From positions 1 through 33,053 of the forward strand of contig JBDUCP010000001.1 in assembly GCA_040003405.1 (NCBI GenBank): 33,053 nucleotides of DNA, read 5' to 3'. The stretch comes from Verrucomicrobiota bacterium (GTDB taxonomy: Bacteria > Verrucomicrobiota > Verrucomicrobiia > Chthoniobacterales > UBA10450). How positions within the stretch are numbered: the stretch's first letter is position 1; each line of letters opens with the position of its first letter. The notes under the pieces were generated by a model. The model was given only the letters and a program-made list of their open reading frames with translations, had not been told where the DNA came from and ran no database searches. This document shows, piece after piece, positions 1 through 10,512 of the stretch. The position numbers and the translations under genes are program-made.

Positions 1-450
1 AATCCAAAGATCCATTGTATCGGCCACGACGAAACGCGGGCGCTTCATTTGGTCGAGCACGTGCGATTGCAGCGCGGGCGCGATGTTCGCCAGCAAAACG
101 AAATCGGTTTCACGATAAGACTGCGGCAGATCCGGACGAAAATGCTCGAAGACGTTGAGCGCGACGGAGCGCGTCTCGCGCGTGTTCATGTCCCAGGCGT
201 ATTCGCCCGACCAGCGGAACGTTTTCCCGGTAACGCGCTGGACGCCTTCGGTGTCGATCTCCCGCGACTTCCAAAAGTCGAACTCCGAGGCCGGGAAATC
301 GTCGCCCACAATGCCGACTAGTTTCACCGGCGAAAAAAAACTCGCGGCTAACGCAGCATAGGAAGCCGAGCCGCCTAACAAGTCAGCATGCTCCTCCACC
401 GGAGTCTTGACCGTGTCGAGCGCGATGGAACCGAGGATGAGAACGGACAT
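1..450 (-). CDS. PfkB/ribokinase-family carbohydrate kinase (N-terminal part; gene runs off the left edge)
   Basis: Absent from the ORF track because it is open at the window edge. My minus-strand translation from the ATG (reverse complement of 448-450) reads MSVLILGSIALDTVKTPVEEHADLLGGSASYAALAASFFSPVKLVGIVGDDFP..., a PfkB-like N-terminus. It starts 9 nt downstream of the thiE stop on the same strand. Confidence 0.6.
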   Translation of the reverse strand, partial: MSVLILGSIALDTVKTPVEEHADLLGGSASYAALAASFFSPVKLVGIVGDDFPASEFDFWKSREIDTEGVQRVTGKTFRWSGEYAWDMNTRETRSVALNVFEHFRPDLPQSYRETDFVLLANIAPALQSHVLDQMKRPRFVVADTMDLWI

Positions 451-459
451 AAGATGACT

Positions 460-1098
460 CTAAGATTTATCGTTGAGAAATTGGCGAGCGGAGCGGCCAT
501 ACTCGGCGACATCGGCCGCTTGCAGCAAGCCCGATACAATGACAACGCGCTGCGCGCCAGCGGCGATCACCTCGGCAAGGTTCTCTAACTTGATGCCCCC
601 AATGCAAAAAATCGGTACGCGCACGACTTCATGCAGCTTTGCGATTTCATCCAGACCAACCGGCGCATAGTCAGGCTTCGTCGGCGTCGCGAAGATCGGG
701 CCGTAGCCGATGTAGTCCGCACCTTCATCGACCGCGCGCATCGCTTGCTCAAAACTGTGCGTGGACTTTCCAACCACGCAGTCCGGGCCGTAGATCTGCC
801 GGACCTCCGCCACCGAAGGGTCATCCTGACCAACGTGCACCCCTTCCGCCGAAACCGTGCGAGCAATGTCGGGGTGATCGTTAATGATAAGAGGAATATG
901 GTGCGCCTGGGTCAGTTTATGCAGCTCGAACGCGATGCCGGCGATTTCCCCAACCGGACTCGCCTTGGCGCGTAGTTGGATAAGATCGACGCCGCCCTCG
1001 ATCATCTTCCCGGCGGTGCTTTCTGCCTCTAAGATATCAACGTAACTCAGATCTAAGATACCATAGAGCCGGCAATGGCTTAGATCGACCGCCGTCAA
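460..1098 (-). CDS. thiE: thiamine-phosphate synthase
   Basis: 212-aa ORF with typical ThiE features: LYGILD near the N-terminus, IQLRAK, GVHVGQDD, GYGPIFATPTK and a C-terminal GIAVVSG-like VVIVSGL. Confidence 0.9.
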   Translation of the reverse strand: MTAVDLSHCRLYGILDLSYVDILEAESTAGKMIEGGVDLIQLRAKASPVGEIAGIAFELHKLTQAHHIPLIINDHPDIARTVSAEGVHVGQDDPSVAEVRQIYGPDCVVGKSTHSFEQAMRAVDEGADYIGYGPIFATPTKPDYAPVGLDEIAKLHEVVRVPIFCIGGIKLENLAEVIAAGAQRVVIVSGLLQAADVAEYGRSARQFLNDKS

Positions 1099-1107
1099 TG
1101 TTAGAGC

Positions 1108-2493
1108 TTATTCATGCAGACGGCTGGGCGTCTTCTTTAGCTCGAAATTATCCGCGCTCATAAGACGATCGACAAAGCCCGTGTCATAGGTGCCATTGCG
1201 GAACTCGGCGTTGCGCATGATCGCGCTATGAAAAGGCACGGTCGTCTTTATGCCGGTAATGTAGTACTCGTCGAGCGACCGGCGCATGCGATCAATCGCC
1301 GATGTGCGCGTTGCAGCCACGGTGATGAGCTTGGCTATCATCGAATCGTAATAGGGCGGGACGATATAACCCGTGTAGGCGTGCGAATCGATGCGGACGC
1401 CGCGACCACCGGGCGCGTAATAAAAAGCAATGCGCCCGGGGGATGGTTGAAAATTTTTCTCCGGATCCTCGGCATTAATGCGGCATTGAATGGCATGCGA
1501 GCGTGGGCTGGCGCGGGCGATGTGCGGCGAGAGCCGTTCGCCGGCGGCAATCAAAATCTGCTCTTTAACCAAATCGCACCCGTAAACTTCCTCGGTGATG
1601 GTATGCTCAACTTGAATGCGAGTGTTCATCTCGATGAAATAATAATGCCCGCTGTTATCGACCAGGAATTCCATCGTACCCGCATTCTGGTAACCGACTG
1701 ACTCCGCCAATTTGATTGCGGCGTTGCCCATTTTTTTGCGCAACGCCGGCGTCATCAGGGGCGACGGACATTCTTCTATCACCTTTTGATTGCGGCGCTG
1801 AATCGAGCAATCGCGTTCGCCCAGATGCACGGTGCGGCCGTGGCTGTCGGCCACGATTTGAAATTCAATGTGGTGCGGATTGATGATTAGCTTTTCAACG
1901 TAAACGGCGCCATTTCCAAAAGCCTTCTCCGCCTCGGTGCTCGCTGCGTGAAACGCCGGGATGAGGCTCGCCTCATTATGTGCCGCGCGCATGCCGCGAC
2001 CGCCGCCGCCGGCGACCGCTTTGATCATGAGCGGATAACCAATCTTGCGAGCGAGCTTAAGCACTTCCTCCTCGGTTTCGACAATGCCGTCACTCCCTGG
2101 CGTGACCGCGACACCAGCTTTGCGCGCACAGGCGCGCGCGGAGTTCTTGTCTCCCATCGCGTGCATCGCGCTGGCTGGCGGACCGATGAATTTTATTTTG
2201 CAGCTCTCGCAGACTTCGGCGAAGTGCGCGTTTTCCGCGAGAAAACCATAGCCGGGATGAATCGCATCCACGTCCCCCACTTCCGCCGCGCTCATGATGC
2301 GGTCGATCTTCAGATAACTTTCCGAACTCGGCGGTGCGCCGATGCAGATCGCTTCATCGGCAAGTTGGACGTGAAGCGAATCCACGTCGGCCTCCGAATA
2401 AACGGCGAGGGTGCGAATGCCAAGTTCCTTGCAGGCGCGAATGATGCGCAAGGCAATTTCGCCGCGATTAGCAATCAGGATTTTTTCAAACAT
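1108..2493 (-). CDS. accC: acetyl-CoA carboxylase, biotin carboxylase subunit
   Basis: 461-aa ORF starting [26 protein letters not shown]. It has an ATP-grasp region (GGGGRGMR) plus [14 protein letters not shown], and sits immediately downstream of accB. Confidence 0.95.
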   Translation of the reverse strand: MFEKILIANRGEIALRIIRACKELGIRTLAVYSEADVDSLHVQLADEAICIGAPPSSESYLKIDRIMSAAEVGDVDAIHPGYGFLAENAHFAEVCESCKIKFIGPPASAMHAMGDKNSARACARKAGVAVTPGSDGIVETEEEVLKLARKIGYPLMIKAVAGGGGRGMRAAHNEASLIPAFHAASTEAEKAFGNGAVYVEKLIINPHHIEFQIVADSHGRTVHLGERDCSIQRRNQKVIEECPSPLMTPALRKKMGNAAIKLAESVGYQNAGTMEFLVDNSGHYYFIEMNTRIQVEHTITEEVYGCDLVKEQILIAAGERLSPHIARASPRSHAIQCRINAEDPEKNFQPSPGRIAFYYAPGGRGVRIDSHAYTGYIVPPYYDSMIAKLITVAATRTSAIDRMRRSLDEYYITGIKTTVPFHSAIMRNAEFRNGTYDTGFVDRLMSADNFELKKTPSRLHE

Positions 2494-2537
2494 CGCAACG
2501 CGGCTTGCGGCGCGCTCAGCGGTCGCGCCCTACCATT

Positions 2538-2996
2538 TTAGCGGACGCGGAAAAGGACCTGGCCGAATTGCACCGGCTTTCCGCTCTCGGCCAGGACTTC
2601 GGCAATCACACCTTTTGTTTCCGCCTTGATTTCATTCATCACCTTCATCGCCTCGATGATGCACACGACGGTTTCTTCATCCACCGCTTTTCCCACTTCG
2701 ACGAACGGCGCCGACTCCGGCGAACCGGAGCGATAAAATGTGCCGACCATCGGCGAGAGAATATCTTTGAGAGCCGCGCTTTTCTCCGTCGCAGATGCAG
2801 CCGGTGCCGGCGACGCAATAGAGACCGGTGCTGGTGTGGGCGACGGCGCAACGGCCGAGGGCGCCGCACTGAATACGGTCTGTTCACCCGCGCCCTTTTG
2901 CAGCTTCAACTTGAAGCCATCCTTTTCCATCTCGAAGACCGACAAATCGTTCTTCTTCATCAGGTCGATGATGGCTTTAATGTCTTTGAGTTCCAA
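2538..2996 (-). CDS. accB: acetyl-CoA carboxylase biotin carboxyl carrier protein
   Basis: Carries the biotinylation motif EAMKVMNEI and a Pro/Ala linker. The maximal ATG ORF extends to 3053. I favour the TTG start at 2996 (reverse complement of 2994-2996) because GGAG lies about 6 nt upstream, the resulting N-terminus (M)ELKDIKAIIDLMKKNDL is AccB-like, and it leaves room for the divergent promoter shared with the 3068 gene. Confidence 0.85.
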   Translation of the reverse strand: MELKDIKAIIDLMKKNDLSVFEMEKDGFKLKLQKGAGEQTVFSAAPSAVAPSPTPAPVSIASPAPAASATEKSAALKDILSPMVGTFYRSGSPESAPFVEVGKAVDEETVVCIIEAMKVMNEIKAETKGVIAEVLAESGKPVQFGQVLFRVR

Positions 2997-3067
2997 GATA
3001 AGCTCCGGTAGAGGCTGGGCGTTTAGGTAAAACGGTTTTCGACGCGAGGTCAAGCAAACGAAATCAA

Positions 3068-3817
3068 TTGAGAGGCGCCATCATGGTCAGCGATTTTGCG
3101 ATCGTCGCGGAGCGCGAAGACTTCATCGTCGTCGACAAGCCGCCCTTCCTTCTGGTGCATCCCACGAAACCGAGTGGCGCGCGCACCTTGTGGGGCGAAC
3201 TGAAACACCTGCTCGCCTTCGAAATCGCGAACGGCGGGCAAGTTTCCATCGTCAACCGGCTCGACCGGGAAACGAGCGGCCTGGTGCTGGTGGCGAAGAA
3301 TGCCGGCGCCGCGCGGCGCTTTGGATTGATGATGCAGTCACAGCGCATCGTGAAAGAATATCTGGCGATTGTTTCGGGCTCGCCGGAATGGGATACCAAG
3401 TCGGTGGATGCACCACTCGTTAGGCAAGGGATTCACGAACCGTCGCGCATCTGGCTGAAGCAGGCGATTCATCTCGCGGGCGCGCCCGCCAGCACCGATT
3501 TCTTTGTCGAACGCCGCTTCGCGCAGGGTTCCAATGGAGACCACTTTAGTATCGTGCGCGCAGTTCCACGCACCGGTCGCACGCATCAGATTCGAGTCCA
3601 TCTCGCCTCGTTAGGCCATCCCATTGTCGGCGATAAGATATACGGACCCGATGAGAAACTTTACCTTCAATTTATCGAGACGGGCTGGACACCGGCGCTG
3701 GCCCAGCAACTTCTTATACCGCGCCACGCGCTTCACTCCGCGTTGCTCCAACTAGACGACGGCTCACAATGGACGAGTCCGCTGCCACCTGACCTGGCAA
3801 ACTTTGTAGCAACCTGA
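3068..3817 (+). CDS. RluA-family 23S rRNA/tRNA pseudouridine synthase
   Basis: 249-aa ORF with VVDKPP, the catalytic-Asp motif NRLDRETSGLVLVAKN and GRTHQIRVHLA. The start could instead be the Met at 3083. Confidence 0.85.
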   Translation: MRGAIMVSDFAIVAEREDFIVVDKPPFLLVHPTKPSGARTLWGELKHLLAFEIANGGQVSIVNRLDRETSGLVLVAKNAGAARRFGLMMQSQRIVKEYLAIVSGSPEWDTKSVDAPLVRQGIHEPSRIWLKQAIHLAGAPASTDFFVERRFAQGSNGDHFSIVRAVPRTGRTHQIRVHLASLGHPIVGDKIYGPDEKLYLQFIETGWTPALAQQLLIPRHALHSALLQLDDGSQWTSPLPPDLANFVAT

Positions 3818-3820
3818 ATC

Positions 3821-4492
3821 TTACTCTCCTGTCGCTACCTTAATGTCCACGAGCTTGATTGTCCTGCCCTCGAAGTTGTGTTCCGTCGCCAGCTTTAGAC
3901 CGCCGAATGATTCATATTTCTCCCACGTCGTCTGCATTCCCTTGCCGGTTGCCGGAATGTAATCCCAGGCGCGCAATAGCTTCGTCTGCCCGTCGATGTA
4001 GAGAAGGTATTGGTCGGACGGCGTGAGACCTACTTTTTCAAAGCTGATTCGCAGGGTTTCACAATCGACGCCGCCGATAGCTTTGGTCTCGCCCGCTTCC
4101 AGCTGCACGCCGCGATCCAGGATCTTCAACGGCGCGAGCAGCCAGTAGGAGTCATTGACCCATCGCGCGTAGGCGTCCTTCTCCTCGCCTTCAGTCGGGG
4201 CGGTCGCGAGGTCCACGGTAACGTGGTGCTCCTTTCCCTCCTTGTCTTTCCACTTCACCTCGTCCGTGTCAGCCGGCACGTTCCAGAGATGTTGCGCGCT
4301 GAAAACGGTTTTTTCTTCCTTATCCACGACAAACGTGAAAGCGACCTCCTTCACTCGCGCCCAATTTTCACCGCCGCTGGCCTTCCACACTTCCGTGGCC
4401 AGTCGCTGCGCTCTTCCAGCAGAATCGTCGGCGGAGAAAACGGTGGTCGCGATGCAAGTAAAAATGAAAATGCCGGCGAGATAAGATTTCAT
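3821..4492 (-). CDS. secreted hypothetical protein
   Basis: The ORF runs 3821..4525. The internal Met (reverse complement of 4490-4492) gives MKSYLAGIFIFTCIATTVFSADD, a clean signal peptide. I recognise no family. Confidence 0.5.
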   Translation of the reverse strand: MKSYLAGIFIFTCIATTVFSADDSAGRAQRLATEVWKASGGENWARVKEVAFTFVVDKEEKTVFSAQHLWNVPADTDEVKWKDKEGKEHHVTVDLATAPTEGEEKDAYARWVNDSYWLLAPLKILDRGVQLEAGETKAIGGVDCETLRISFEKVGLTPSDQYLLYIDGQTKLLRAWDYIPATGKGMQTTWEKYESFGGLKLATEHNFEGRTIKLVDIKVATGE

Positions 4493-4558
4493 GCGGCACC
4501 CTCGCAGCGACTTCGAGCATTGCAATTCACTCGTCCCCCAATATCGTAGCGCGCCTTC

Positions 4559-5164
4559 ATGAGAATTTTATCTCGCGCCGCCGCGCTCCTGTTTTTCGCT
4601 TTGTCCGCATCACTTGCCCGCGCCGGTAGTGATCGCATCACGACCCACTTCACTCCCGAGGCTCCCAGCTTCGAAATTTCGACCGAGACCGCTTACCTTC
4701 TCGGTTTTATCGGCAACCCAAATAGCTACGAGATCGGCTCACAATTTGTCACCGCGCGCTGGCGTTTCGGTCCGGTTTACACCGATGGCTGGCTGCGTGG
4801 CTACAATCAGTTCTATGTGCTGGCCATGGCCGAACCGATCTTTCGCGGACCGGAAAATTTTTACTACGGCATTTCGGTTGGCCTGCGTTACAATTTCCTC
4901 CACGAAAATAGCCGCTTCATCCCATTCGTTTCCGGTGGCGTTGGGCTGGGTTGGATCGATAGCCACTCACAGATCTTCGGCGCACAGGGGCAGGATTTTA
5001 CTTTCAATATTCTCACCGCCGTCGGCGTGTCTTATAAGATGAGCGAGCACTGGAAGGCAACGGCAAGCATCCTTTACCAGCACCTTTCTAACGCCGCGCA
5101 AACCGACCCTAACCCTAGCCTGAATCTGATCGGCCCCCAGCTAGGTCTCACCTATTCGTTCTAG
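4559..5164 (+). CDS. PagL-like acyloxyacyl hydrolase / lipid A 3-O-deacylase family outer-membrane beta-barrel
   Basis: Has a signal peptide (MRILSRAAALLFFALSASLARA), alternating beta-strand pattern, the C-terminal H-x-S-N motif (YQHLSNA) followed by NPSLN, and a terminal aromatic residue (GLTYSF) typical of outer-membrane barrels. Confidence 0.6.
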   Translation: MRILSRAAALLFFALSASLARAGSDRITTHFTPEAPSFEISTETAYLLGFIGNPNSYEIGSQFVTARWRFGPVYTDGWLRGYNQFYVLAMAEPIFRGPENFYYGISVGLRYNFLHENSRFIPFVSGGVGLGWIDSHSQIFGAQGQDFTFNILTAVGVSYKMSEHWKATASILYQHLSNAAQTDPNPSLNLIGPQLGLTYSF

Positions 5165-5173
5165 CTAAAGCGC

Positions 5174-5788
5174 ATGAACGCGCCTAACGAGAATGTCCTG
5201 GTTGTTCGGCGCAGTCTCTTCGATGAGCTTGGCAGCTTCCACGGGTTGCATTTTGAGCCGGAGAAATATATGCCATCACTCCTTTCGCGCGGAAACAATT
5301 TCTTTCTGCCCCGCGCACAAGCCGAGAACGATCCCTCTTATAAACAGATCGTGCCTTATGCCCTGATCGCGCATGGCGATAAAGTGCTCAGTTATGTCCG
5401 CGGAAAGAAAGCGGGCGAGCAGCGCCTTGTCGCCAAAGGTTCCATCGGTATCGGCGGTCATATGAATGACACCGATGAATCCCTTTTCGCGTGGGATGAA
5501 AATGCTTATCGCGCAGGAGTGGAGCGCGAAGTAGCAGAAGAAATAAATATCGAGACCACCTTTAGCGATCGGGTCGTCGCCTTACTGAACGATGACACGA
5601 CAGAAGTAGGTCGCGTCCACCTTGGGATCGTGCATCTCTTTCGTCTGGCTGAGCCACGCGTGCAAAAGCGCGAAGCGATGATTACCAACCTGGCTTTCCT
5701 GACCAGGGAAGAGTTAATCGCGCGCCGCGATAGCTTGGAGACCTGGTCCCAGCTCTGCGTCGATTCATTCGATCGGCTACTGAGTTGA
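5174..5788 (+). CDS. NUDIX-related phosphoesterase (MutT-family, COG4112-like)
   Basis: 204 aa with VLVVRRSLFDE..., KQIVPYALI, RLVAKGSIGIGGHM and a degenerate Nudix box (REVAEEINIE). Confidence 0.55.
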   Translation: MNAPNENVLVVRRSLFDELGSFHGLHFEPEKYMPSLLSRGNNFFLPRAQAENDPSYKQIVPYALIAHGDKVLSYVRGKKAGEQRLVAKGSIGIGGHMNDTDESLFAWDENAYRAGVEREVAEEINIETTFSDRVVALLNDDTTEVGRVHLGIVHLFRLAEPRVQKREAMITNLAFLTREELIARRDSLETWSQLCVDSFDRLLS

Positions 5789-5804
5789 TTATTCGTGGTG
5801 GCAC

Positions 5805-6362
5805 TTAGCCACCCTTCCGCTTCCGCTTCGGTTTCTGCTGCTCCGGTTCGGGCGCTAGCGTAGAGGCGGGCGTTGGGGTCGCCGCCAAAACCGGACCAGG
5901 TGTCGCTGGCGGCTTCCACACCAAGTTGATGGTGTCCACCTGCCACACGGTCATCCCACGAGAGATGTCGATGTCCAGTTGCTCAGTGGTAGTAGGATAC
6001 TTTAGCTGCGCGTGAAAGGTACCTCTGGGTTCAAAGAAGTAGGAAGTGAACATGATGTTACCCTGTACCTCAATGGGCTGTGCAGGGACACCGAGTTCGT
6101 GCAGCCGCTCTAATAACCTATCTCGCGACGACCTCAGATACGTTTTCTGTCCCTCAGGGCTGAGGTGGACATGGAGAAACTTTTCGTCGAAATTAACGGC
6201 GGCCCGGGTAGCTACTTCAGCCGCGAAGATCCGTGCATTCTTCTCCGCATCCTGGCGCGAGGAATACAACCACCAAACGATGCCACCCAGAAGCAACAGC
6301 ACAATTATCAGGAGAGGGAGTCCTCCCTCACCAGTGACCCGTGCCCTTTGAGCCAGTCTCAT
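5805..6362 (-). CDS. single-pass membrane protein with Pro-rich basic tail, hypothetical
   Basis: 185 aa with one TM helix (LPLLIIVLLLLGGIVWWLY) and the C-terminus PPATPGPVLAATPTPAS...KPKRKRKGG. Its ATG lies 1 nt after the stop of the upstream 6364..6756 gene, suggesting an operon. Confidence 0.45.
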   Translation of the reverse strand: MRLAQRARVTGEGGLPLLIIVLLLLGGIVWWLYSSRQDAEKNARIFAAEVATRAAVNFDEKFLHVHLSPEGQKTYLRSSRDRLLERLHELGVPAQPIEVQGNIMFTSYFFEPRGTFHAQLKYPTTTEQLDIDISRGMTVWQVDTINLVWKPPATPGPVLAATPTPASTLAPEPEQQKPKRKRKGG

Positions 6363-6363
6363 C

Positions 6364-6756
6364 TTAGAAACCGAACCCGGTACCCTTAATCACGCTGCCA
6401 TCACGGATAAAGGCTCCGTGTTTTTGCTTTCCGGTGTAAGCGCCGAAACGGTTGCGCGAACTAACCTTGAATTCCACCAGGTAGCCATAGAGACGTTTTC
6501 CGTCAGGTCCCGCCAGATCAGTTGGCTTCGGCGCGCTGGTCCACTCGATCCGTGCGCTCTGCGGATCGGCCAGCTTCGTCTCCAGCCATTTCGTAATGAT
6601 TTCCTGGTAGGCCTTGGGATATTCCCCATAGACTACCGGATCAGCAGTAAGCTCTATTTCCGTCGTCTCGGCTGGGCTTGAGCTGATATAGCTCACTGCT
6701 ACCAACCCAAGTAGGATGATGGCAGCACGACGAAGGAAAGTTGAGTGTCTTTTCAA
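6364..6756 (-). CDS. small secreted protein; domain paralogous to the C-terminus of the S1/P1 nuclease at 18882..20393
   Basis: 130 aa with a signal peptide (AAIILLGLVAVSYISS). The mature part, YGEYPKAYQEIITKWLETKLADPQSARIEWTSAPKPTDL...YGYLVEF...IRDGSVI, aligns by eye with nuclease residues IYGNFPANYKEIITSWLKTKLNNPADPKIEWQTEPKPADL...YGYLVLF...IRDGRVV. Confidence 0.55.
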   Translation of the reverse strand: MKRHSTFLRRAAIILLGLVAVSYISSSPAETTEIELTADPVVYGEYPKAYQEIITKWLETKLADPQSARIEWTSAPKPTDLAGPDGKRLYGYLVEFKVSSRNRFGAYTGKQKHGAFIRDGSVIKGTGFGF

Positions 6757-6777
6757 AGGAGGAATCTCTTTTATCGC

Positions 6778-7905
6778 TTAAGGTCTTTGCTCAATCGGCA
6801 CAACTTTTTTACCCGCCGGTTCGCCCACATATTCGCTGAGCGGCCGGTAGAGTCGGTTATCTTCCAATTGCTCGAGCACCTGGGCGCACCACCCCGAACA
6901 GCGCGCAATGGCAAAGATCGGCGTGAACAGGTCCGTTGGAATACCTAACGAGTAGTAAACCGTGGCGGAATAGAAATCGACATTAGCATTCAGGTTCTTC
7001 TGCTCCTTCATCAACTGTGCGATGCGCTCGGACATCCGGATCCATTTCGGTTCTCCCAGTTTCTCACTTAGCTTCACCGCCATGGCGCGAAGATGGGGCG
7101 CGCGCGGGTCGAGTGTCTTATAAACGCGATGGCCTATGCCCATGATCTTCTTCTTGTTCGCTAATTGCTTCTCAATATAGGCATCGACGTTCTCCTCGCT
7201 CCCGATTTCCTCGAGCATGTTGATGACACCTTCATTCGCTCCGCCATGAAGCGGACCTTTAAGAGCGCCGATGGCGGCAGTGATAGCAGAATAGAAATCG
7301 GTCAGCGTGGCAATCGTCACGCGCGCGCTGAAGGTTGAGGCATTCATGCCGTGATCGGCATGGAGGATGAACGCGACATCGAGCGTGTCGCTCGCCTCTT
7401 TTGACTGAGGTTCGCCGTACATCAGATAAAGGAAATGTTCGGCTTCAGTGAGGTCATCGCGCACCGGCGGTAGCGACTTGCCATTCCTCGCGCGATGAAA
7501 ATAAGCCGCGATCACTCCAATCTTCGCCGTAATCGAGATGGCCCGGTGCCGGTTTATCTCCGGCGTGGCTTCCTTCCCCATGTCAGGATCATAAAGCCCC
7601 AGCATCGAGATCGCGGTCCTCATCACATCCATCGGCTCCGCGTCCTTCGGAACCGATTTTAGGAATTCGATCACAGGTTCCGGCAGCTTGCGCTGGCTGC
7701 GCAACTCGCTCACAAATGCTTCCAGCTCGCTCCGGTTCGGCAGTTTCCGGTGAAAGAGCAGATACACGACTTCCTTGTAGCTGACTTTGCCCACCAGCTC
7801 GTTAATGTCGTAGCCGCAGTAAACAAGCTGGCCTTTGTCGCCAATGACATCGCTTAGCCGTGTGGAATTCGCGACGACCCCTTCAAGTCCGGGCGAAAAT
7901 GTCAT
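6778..7905 (-). CDS. gltA: citrate synthase (short ~375-aa type)
   Basis: Contains [44 protein letters not shown] and DFYS, the canonical citrate synthase catalytic His/His/Asp regions. Its ATG overlaps the sucD stop (ATGA at 7902-7905). Confidence 0.9.
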   Translation of the reverse strand: MTFSPGLEGVVANSTRLSDVIGDKGQLVYCGYDINELVGKVSYKEVVYLLFHRKLPNRSELEAFVSELRSQRKLPEPVIEFLKSVPKDAEPMDVMRTAISMLGLYDPDMGKEATPEINRHRAISITAKIGVIAAYFHRARNGKSLPPVRDDLTEAEHFLYLMYGEPQSKEASDTLDVAFILHADHGMNASTFSARVTIATLTDFYSAITAAIGALKGPLHGGANEGVINMLEEIGSEENVDAYIEKQLANKKKIMGIGHRVYKTLDPRAPHLRAMAVKLSEKLGEPKWIRMSERIAQLMKEQKNLNANVDFYSATVYYSLGIPTDLFTPIFAIARCSGWCAQVLEQLEDNRLYRPLSEYVGEPAGKKVVPIEQRP

Positions 7906-8783
7906 GATTTCCCCTTCATTTGTGTAATCAACGTATCTGCCATCGTCGCTGGTGTTTCGGCTACGGCGATGCCAGCGGCCTTAAGCGCGTCGATTTTTCC
8001 GACAGCGGTTCCCTTTCCCCCGGAGACAATCGCGCCTGCGTGCCCCATCCGGCGCCCTGGCGGCGCGGTGATGCCAGCGATAAATGCGGCAACCGGCTTC
8101 TGGCAGTTTCCTTTGATCCACTCGGCCGCTTCCTCCTCCGCTGAGCCGCCGATTTCGCCGATCAAAATGATCGCGTCCGTTTGCGGGTCGTCGTTGAAAA
8201 GTTTCACCGCATCGAGGTGGGACATGCCGTTAATGGGATCGCCGCCGATGCCGATGCAAGTCGATTGGCCATAGCCGCGCGAAGTCAGTTGCCAGACCGC
8301 TTCGTAGGTGAGTGTGCCGGAGCGCGAGATCACGCCCACGTTACCCGGCTTATGAATGTAGCCCGGCATGATCCCGATCTTGCACTCACCAGGCGTGATG
8401 ATCCCCGGACAATTCGGCCCGATGAGTCGCGACTTTTTTCCCGCCATCTGGGCTTTCACTCGCATCATATCCATCACCGGAATTCCTTCCGTAATGCAAA
8501 CGACAAGCTCCACGTCGGCAGCAACGGCTTCCAAAATCGCATCCGCGGCGCCCGCCGCGGGCACGAAGATCATTGAGACATTGCAGTTCGTTTTCTGGCG
8601 CGCTTCCCAAACCGTGTCGAACACGGGCACCTTCTCATGGAACATCTGTCCACCTTTGCCCGGCGTAACCCCGGCCACGACATTGGTTCCGTACTCCATG
8701 CATTCCCGCGCATGAAATCCTCCGGCGCTGCCGGTGATCCCCTGCACCACCAGCCGTGTGTTTTTATCGACGAGAACAGCCAT
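7902..8783 (-). CDS. sucD: succinyl-CoA synthetase alpha subunit
   Basis: 293 aa with [23 protein letters not shown] and the phosphohistidine loop [14 protein letters not shown]. Confidence 0.95.
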   Translation of the reverse strand: MAVLVDKNTRLVVQGITGSAGGFHARECMEYGTNVVAGVTPGKGGQMFHEKVPVFDTVWEARQKTNCNVSMIFVPAAGAADAILEAVAADVELVVCITEGIPVMDMMRVKAQMAGKKSRLIGPNCPGIITPGECKIGIMPGYIHKPGNVGVISRSGTLTYEAVWQLTSRGYGQSTCIGIGGDPINGMSHLDAVKLFNDDPQTDAIILIGEIGGSAEEEAAEWIKGNCQKPVAAFIAGITAPPGRRMGHAGAIVSGGKGTAVGKIDALKAAGIAVAETPATMADTLITQMKGKS

Positions 8784-8786
8784 TCG

Positions 8787-9143
8787 TTAGGTCGCTTTGC
8801 GTTTGTGCACTAAAAGTTTGTTCCCGTCCGGATCGCGAAATTGCGCCATCCAACAAACCGGCGTCTCCGTCTGGTCGAGATCGAAGGTGACGCCGCGTTC
8901 TTTGAGCTTCTTAATCGCCGCCTCGATGTCTTCTACTTCAAACGCTACGGTTGTGCCATCGCGCGACGGCTGCCAGGCTGGATGACAACCGACACCAATG
9001 GTCGTGGCGCCGAGTTCGTACTCGACCCACGCTCCTTCCATCGCCGTCGTGCTCGGCTTCAGCTCCAGCGTTTCCTGATAAAATTTCCGCGCCCGTTCCT
9101 TATCGGAAACGGCGATGGCGATAAATGCGACTTCCTTGATCAT
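8787..9143 (-). CDS. VOC/glyoxalase-bleomycin-resistance family protein
   Basis: 118 aa with IAIAVSDKERARKFYQETLEL and FRDPDGNKLLV, a typical single-domain VOC fold. It is inserted between sucC and sucD. Confidence 0.7.
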   Translation of the reverse strand: MIKEVAFIAIAVSDKERARKFYQETLELKPSTTAMEGAWVEYELGATTIGVGCHPAWQPSRDGTTVAFEVEDIEAAIKKLKERGVTFDLDQTETPVCWMAQFRDPDGNKLLVHKRKAT

Positions 9144-9166
9144 GATTTTCAGATTGGGTTTGATTG

Positions 9167-10378
9167 TTACTTGGAACTTGATTCCTGAGGTTTGGAGCTG
9201 GCCGCCGCTGCCACAGCCTTCTGCGCCGCGTCCGCCAGGTCATCGGCCGTGATCACCGCGACGTCGCTCTCCTTCAGCAACTGTTTGCCTTTTGCCACAT
9301 TTGTTCCTTCCAGCCTAACGACTAAGGGAACGGAGAGCCGCACCGTTTTTGCCGCGTTAATAATTCCCTGCGCGATCACGTCGCATTTCATGATGCCGCC
9401 AAAAATGTTGACCAGGATCGCTTTCACGTGCTCATCCGAAACAAGGAGCTTAAATGCATCCGTCACCTGCTCTTCCGTCGCGCCGCCACCGACATCGAGG
9501 AAATTCGCCGGACTGCCGCCGTAAAACTTAATGATGTCCATCGTCGCCATGGCGAGCCCCGCGCCGTTGACCAGGCAGGCGATATTGCCTTCGAGGCCGA
9601 TGTAGTTGAGCCCGTACTTCGACGCCTCCACTTCGCGCGGATCTTCCTCCGCAATGTCGCGCAACGCCGCCAGCTCTGGATGCCGGTAAAGAGCGTTGTC
9701 ATCGAAATTGAACTTTGCATCGAGCGCGAGGACATCGCCCTTCGGCGTTACCACCAGCGGATTCACTTCGACCATCGAGCAATCGCTCGCGATGAAGGTG
9801 CGATACAAACCGTCGAACAATTTTGCCGCGGCTCTTATTTGCGATGATTCAAACCCGAGCTGCTTCGCCAGCTTGCGCGTCTGGTGCGCCTGCAAGCCCG
9901 CCAAGGGATCGATCCTCTCGCGCAAAATTTTCTCTGGCGATTTCGCCGCGACCGTTTCAATTTCCACGCCGCCTTCCGTGCTCGCGACAATGATGGGCGC
10001 GGCCGTCGCGCGATCGAGGAGGACGGCAAAATAAATCTCCCGCGCGATCTCCGCCGCTTCCGCGACGAGCACTTTATTGACCACGCGACCTTGCGGTCCC
10101 GTCTGGTGCGTGACCAAGGTTTGACCAAACATTTTACCCGCAACATCACGCGCTTCTCCGGCAGATTTCACCAATTGCACCCCGCCTTTGAATCCATTCG
10201 CGAAAGTCCCTTTCCCTCTCCCGCCGGCGTGGATTTGCGCCTTCACCACGAGATCGACCTCGCCGATTTCACGCGCGATCGCTTCGGCCTCATCCGGCGT
10301 CGCAGCCACTTTCCCGCGAGTCGTGGCGACGCCGAATTTCTCCAGCAATTCCTTCGCCTGATATTCGTGAATGTTCAT
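9167..10378 (-). CDS. sucC: succinyl-CoA synthetase beta subunit (ATP-grasp)
   Basis: 403 aa starting [17 protein letters not shown], with [25 protein letters not shown] and VVRLEGTN. Confidence 0.95.
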   Translation of the reverse strand: MNIHEYQAKELLEKFGVATTRGKVAATPDEAEAIAREIGEVDLVVKAQIHAGGRGKGTFANGFKGGVQLVKSAGEARDVAGKMFGQTLVTHQTGPQGRVVNKVLVAEAAEIAREIYFAVLLDRATAAPIIVASTEGGVEIETVAAKSPEKILRERIDPLAGLQAHQTRKLAKQLGFESSQIRAAAKLFDGLYRTFIASDCSMVEVNPLVVTPKGDVLALDAKFNFDDNALYRHPELAALRDIAEEDPREVEASKYGLNYIGLEGNIACLVNGAGLAMATMDIIKFYGGSPANFLDVGGGATEEQVTDAFKLLVSDEHVKAILVNIFGGIMKCDVIAQGIINAAKTVRLSVPLVVRLEGTNVAKGKQLLKESDVAVITADDLADAAQKAVAAAASSKPQESSSK

Positions 10379-10512
10379 TAGGAACGCTCTCTGCGTCGCC
10401 GAGCACTAAGCCCGCTAAGAGCGAATGGGGCAACCCGTTTCTGCTTGCCAAACCTATCATGAATCATGAACAGTTCCGGGACTAGCCTAACTAACACATC
10501 GAAAGACCAAAT

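Noticed and set aside
1099-1107. A TPP riboswitch associated with thiE.
   Set aside because: thiE starts 9 nt after accC with no leader. I found no THI-box-like CTGAGA / ACCTGA elements in the neighbourhood.
6778-10378. The possibility that the sucC/sucD-like genes plus the citrate-synthase-like gene encode citryl-CoA synthetase and citryl-CoA lyase (reductive TCA, Hydrogenobacter-type).
   Set aside because: The citrate synthase homologue is full length (375 aa) with canonical catalytic segments, not a truncated Ccl-like protein. The alpha subunit is of normal SucD size with the standard phosphohistidine loop. The SucC N-terminus is canonical. Nothing in the sequence specifically supports the alternative.
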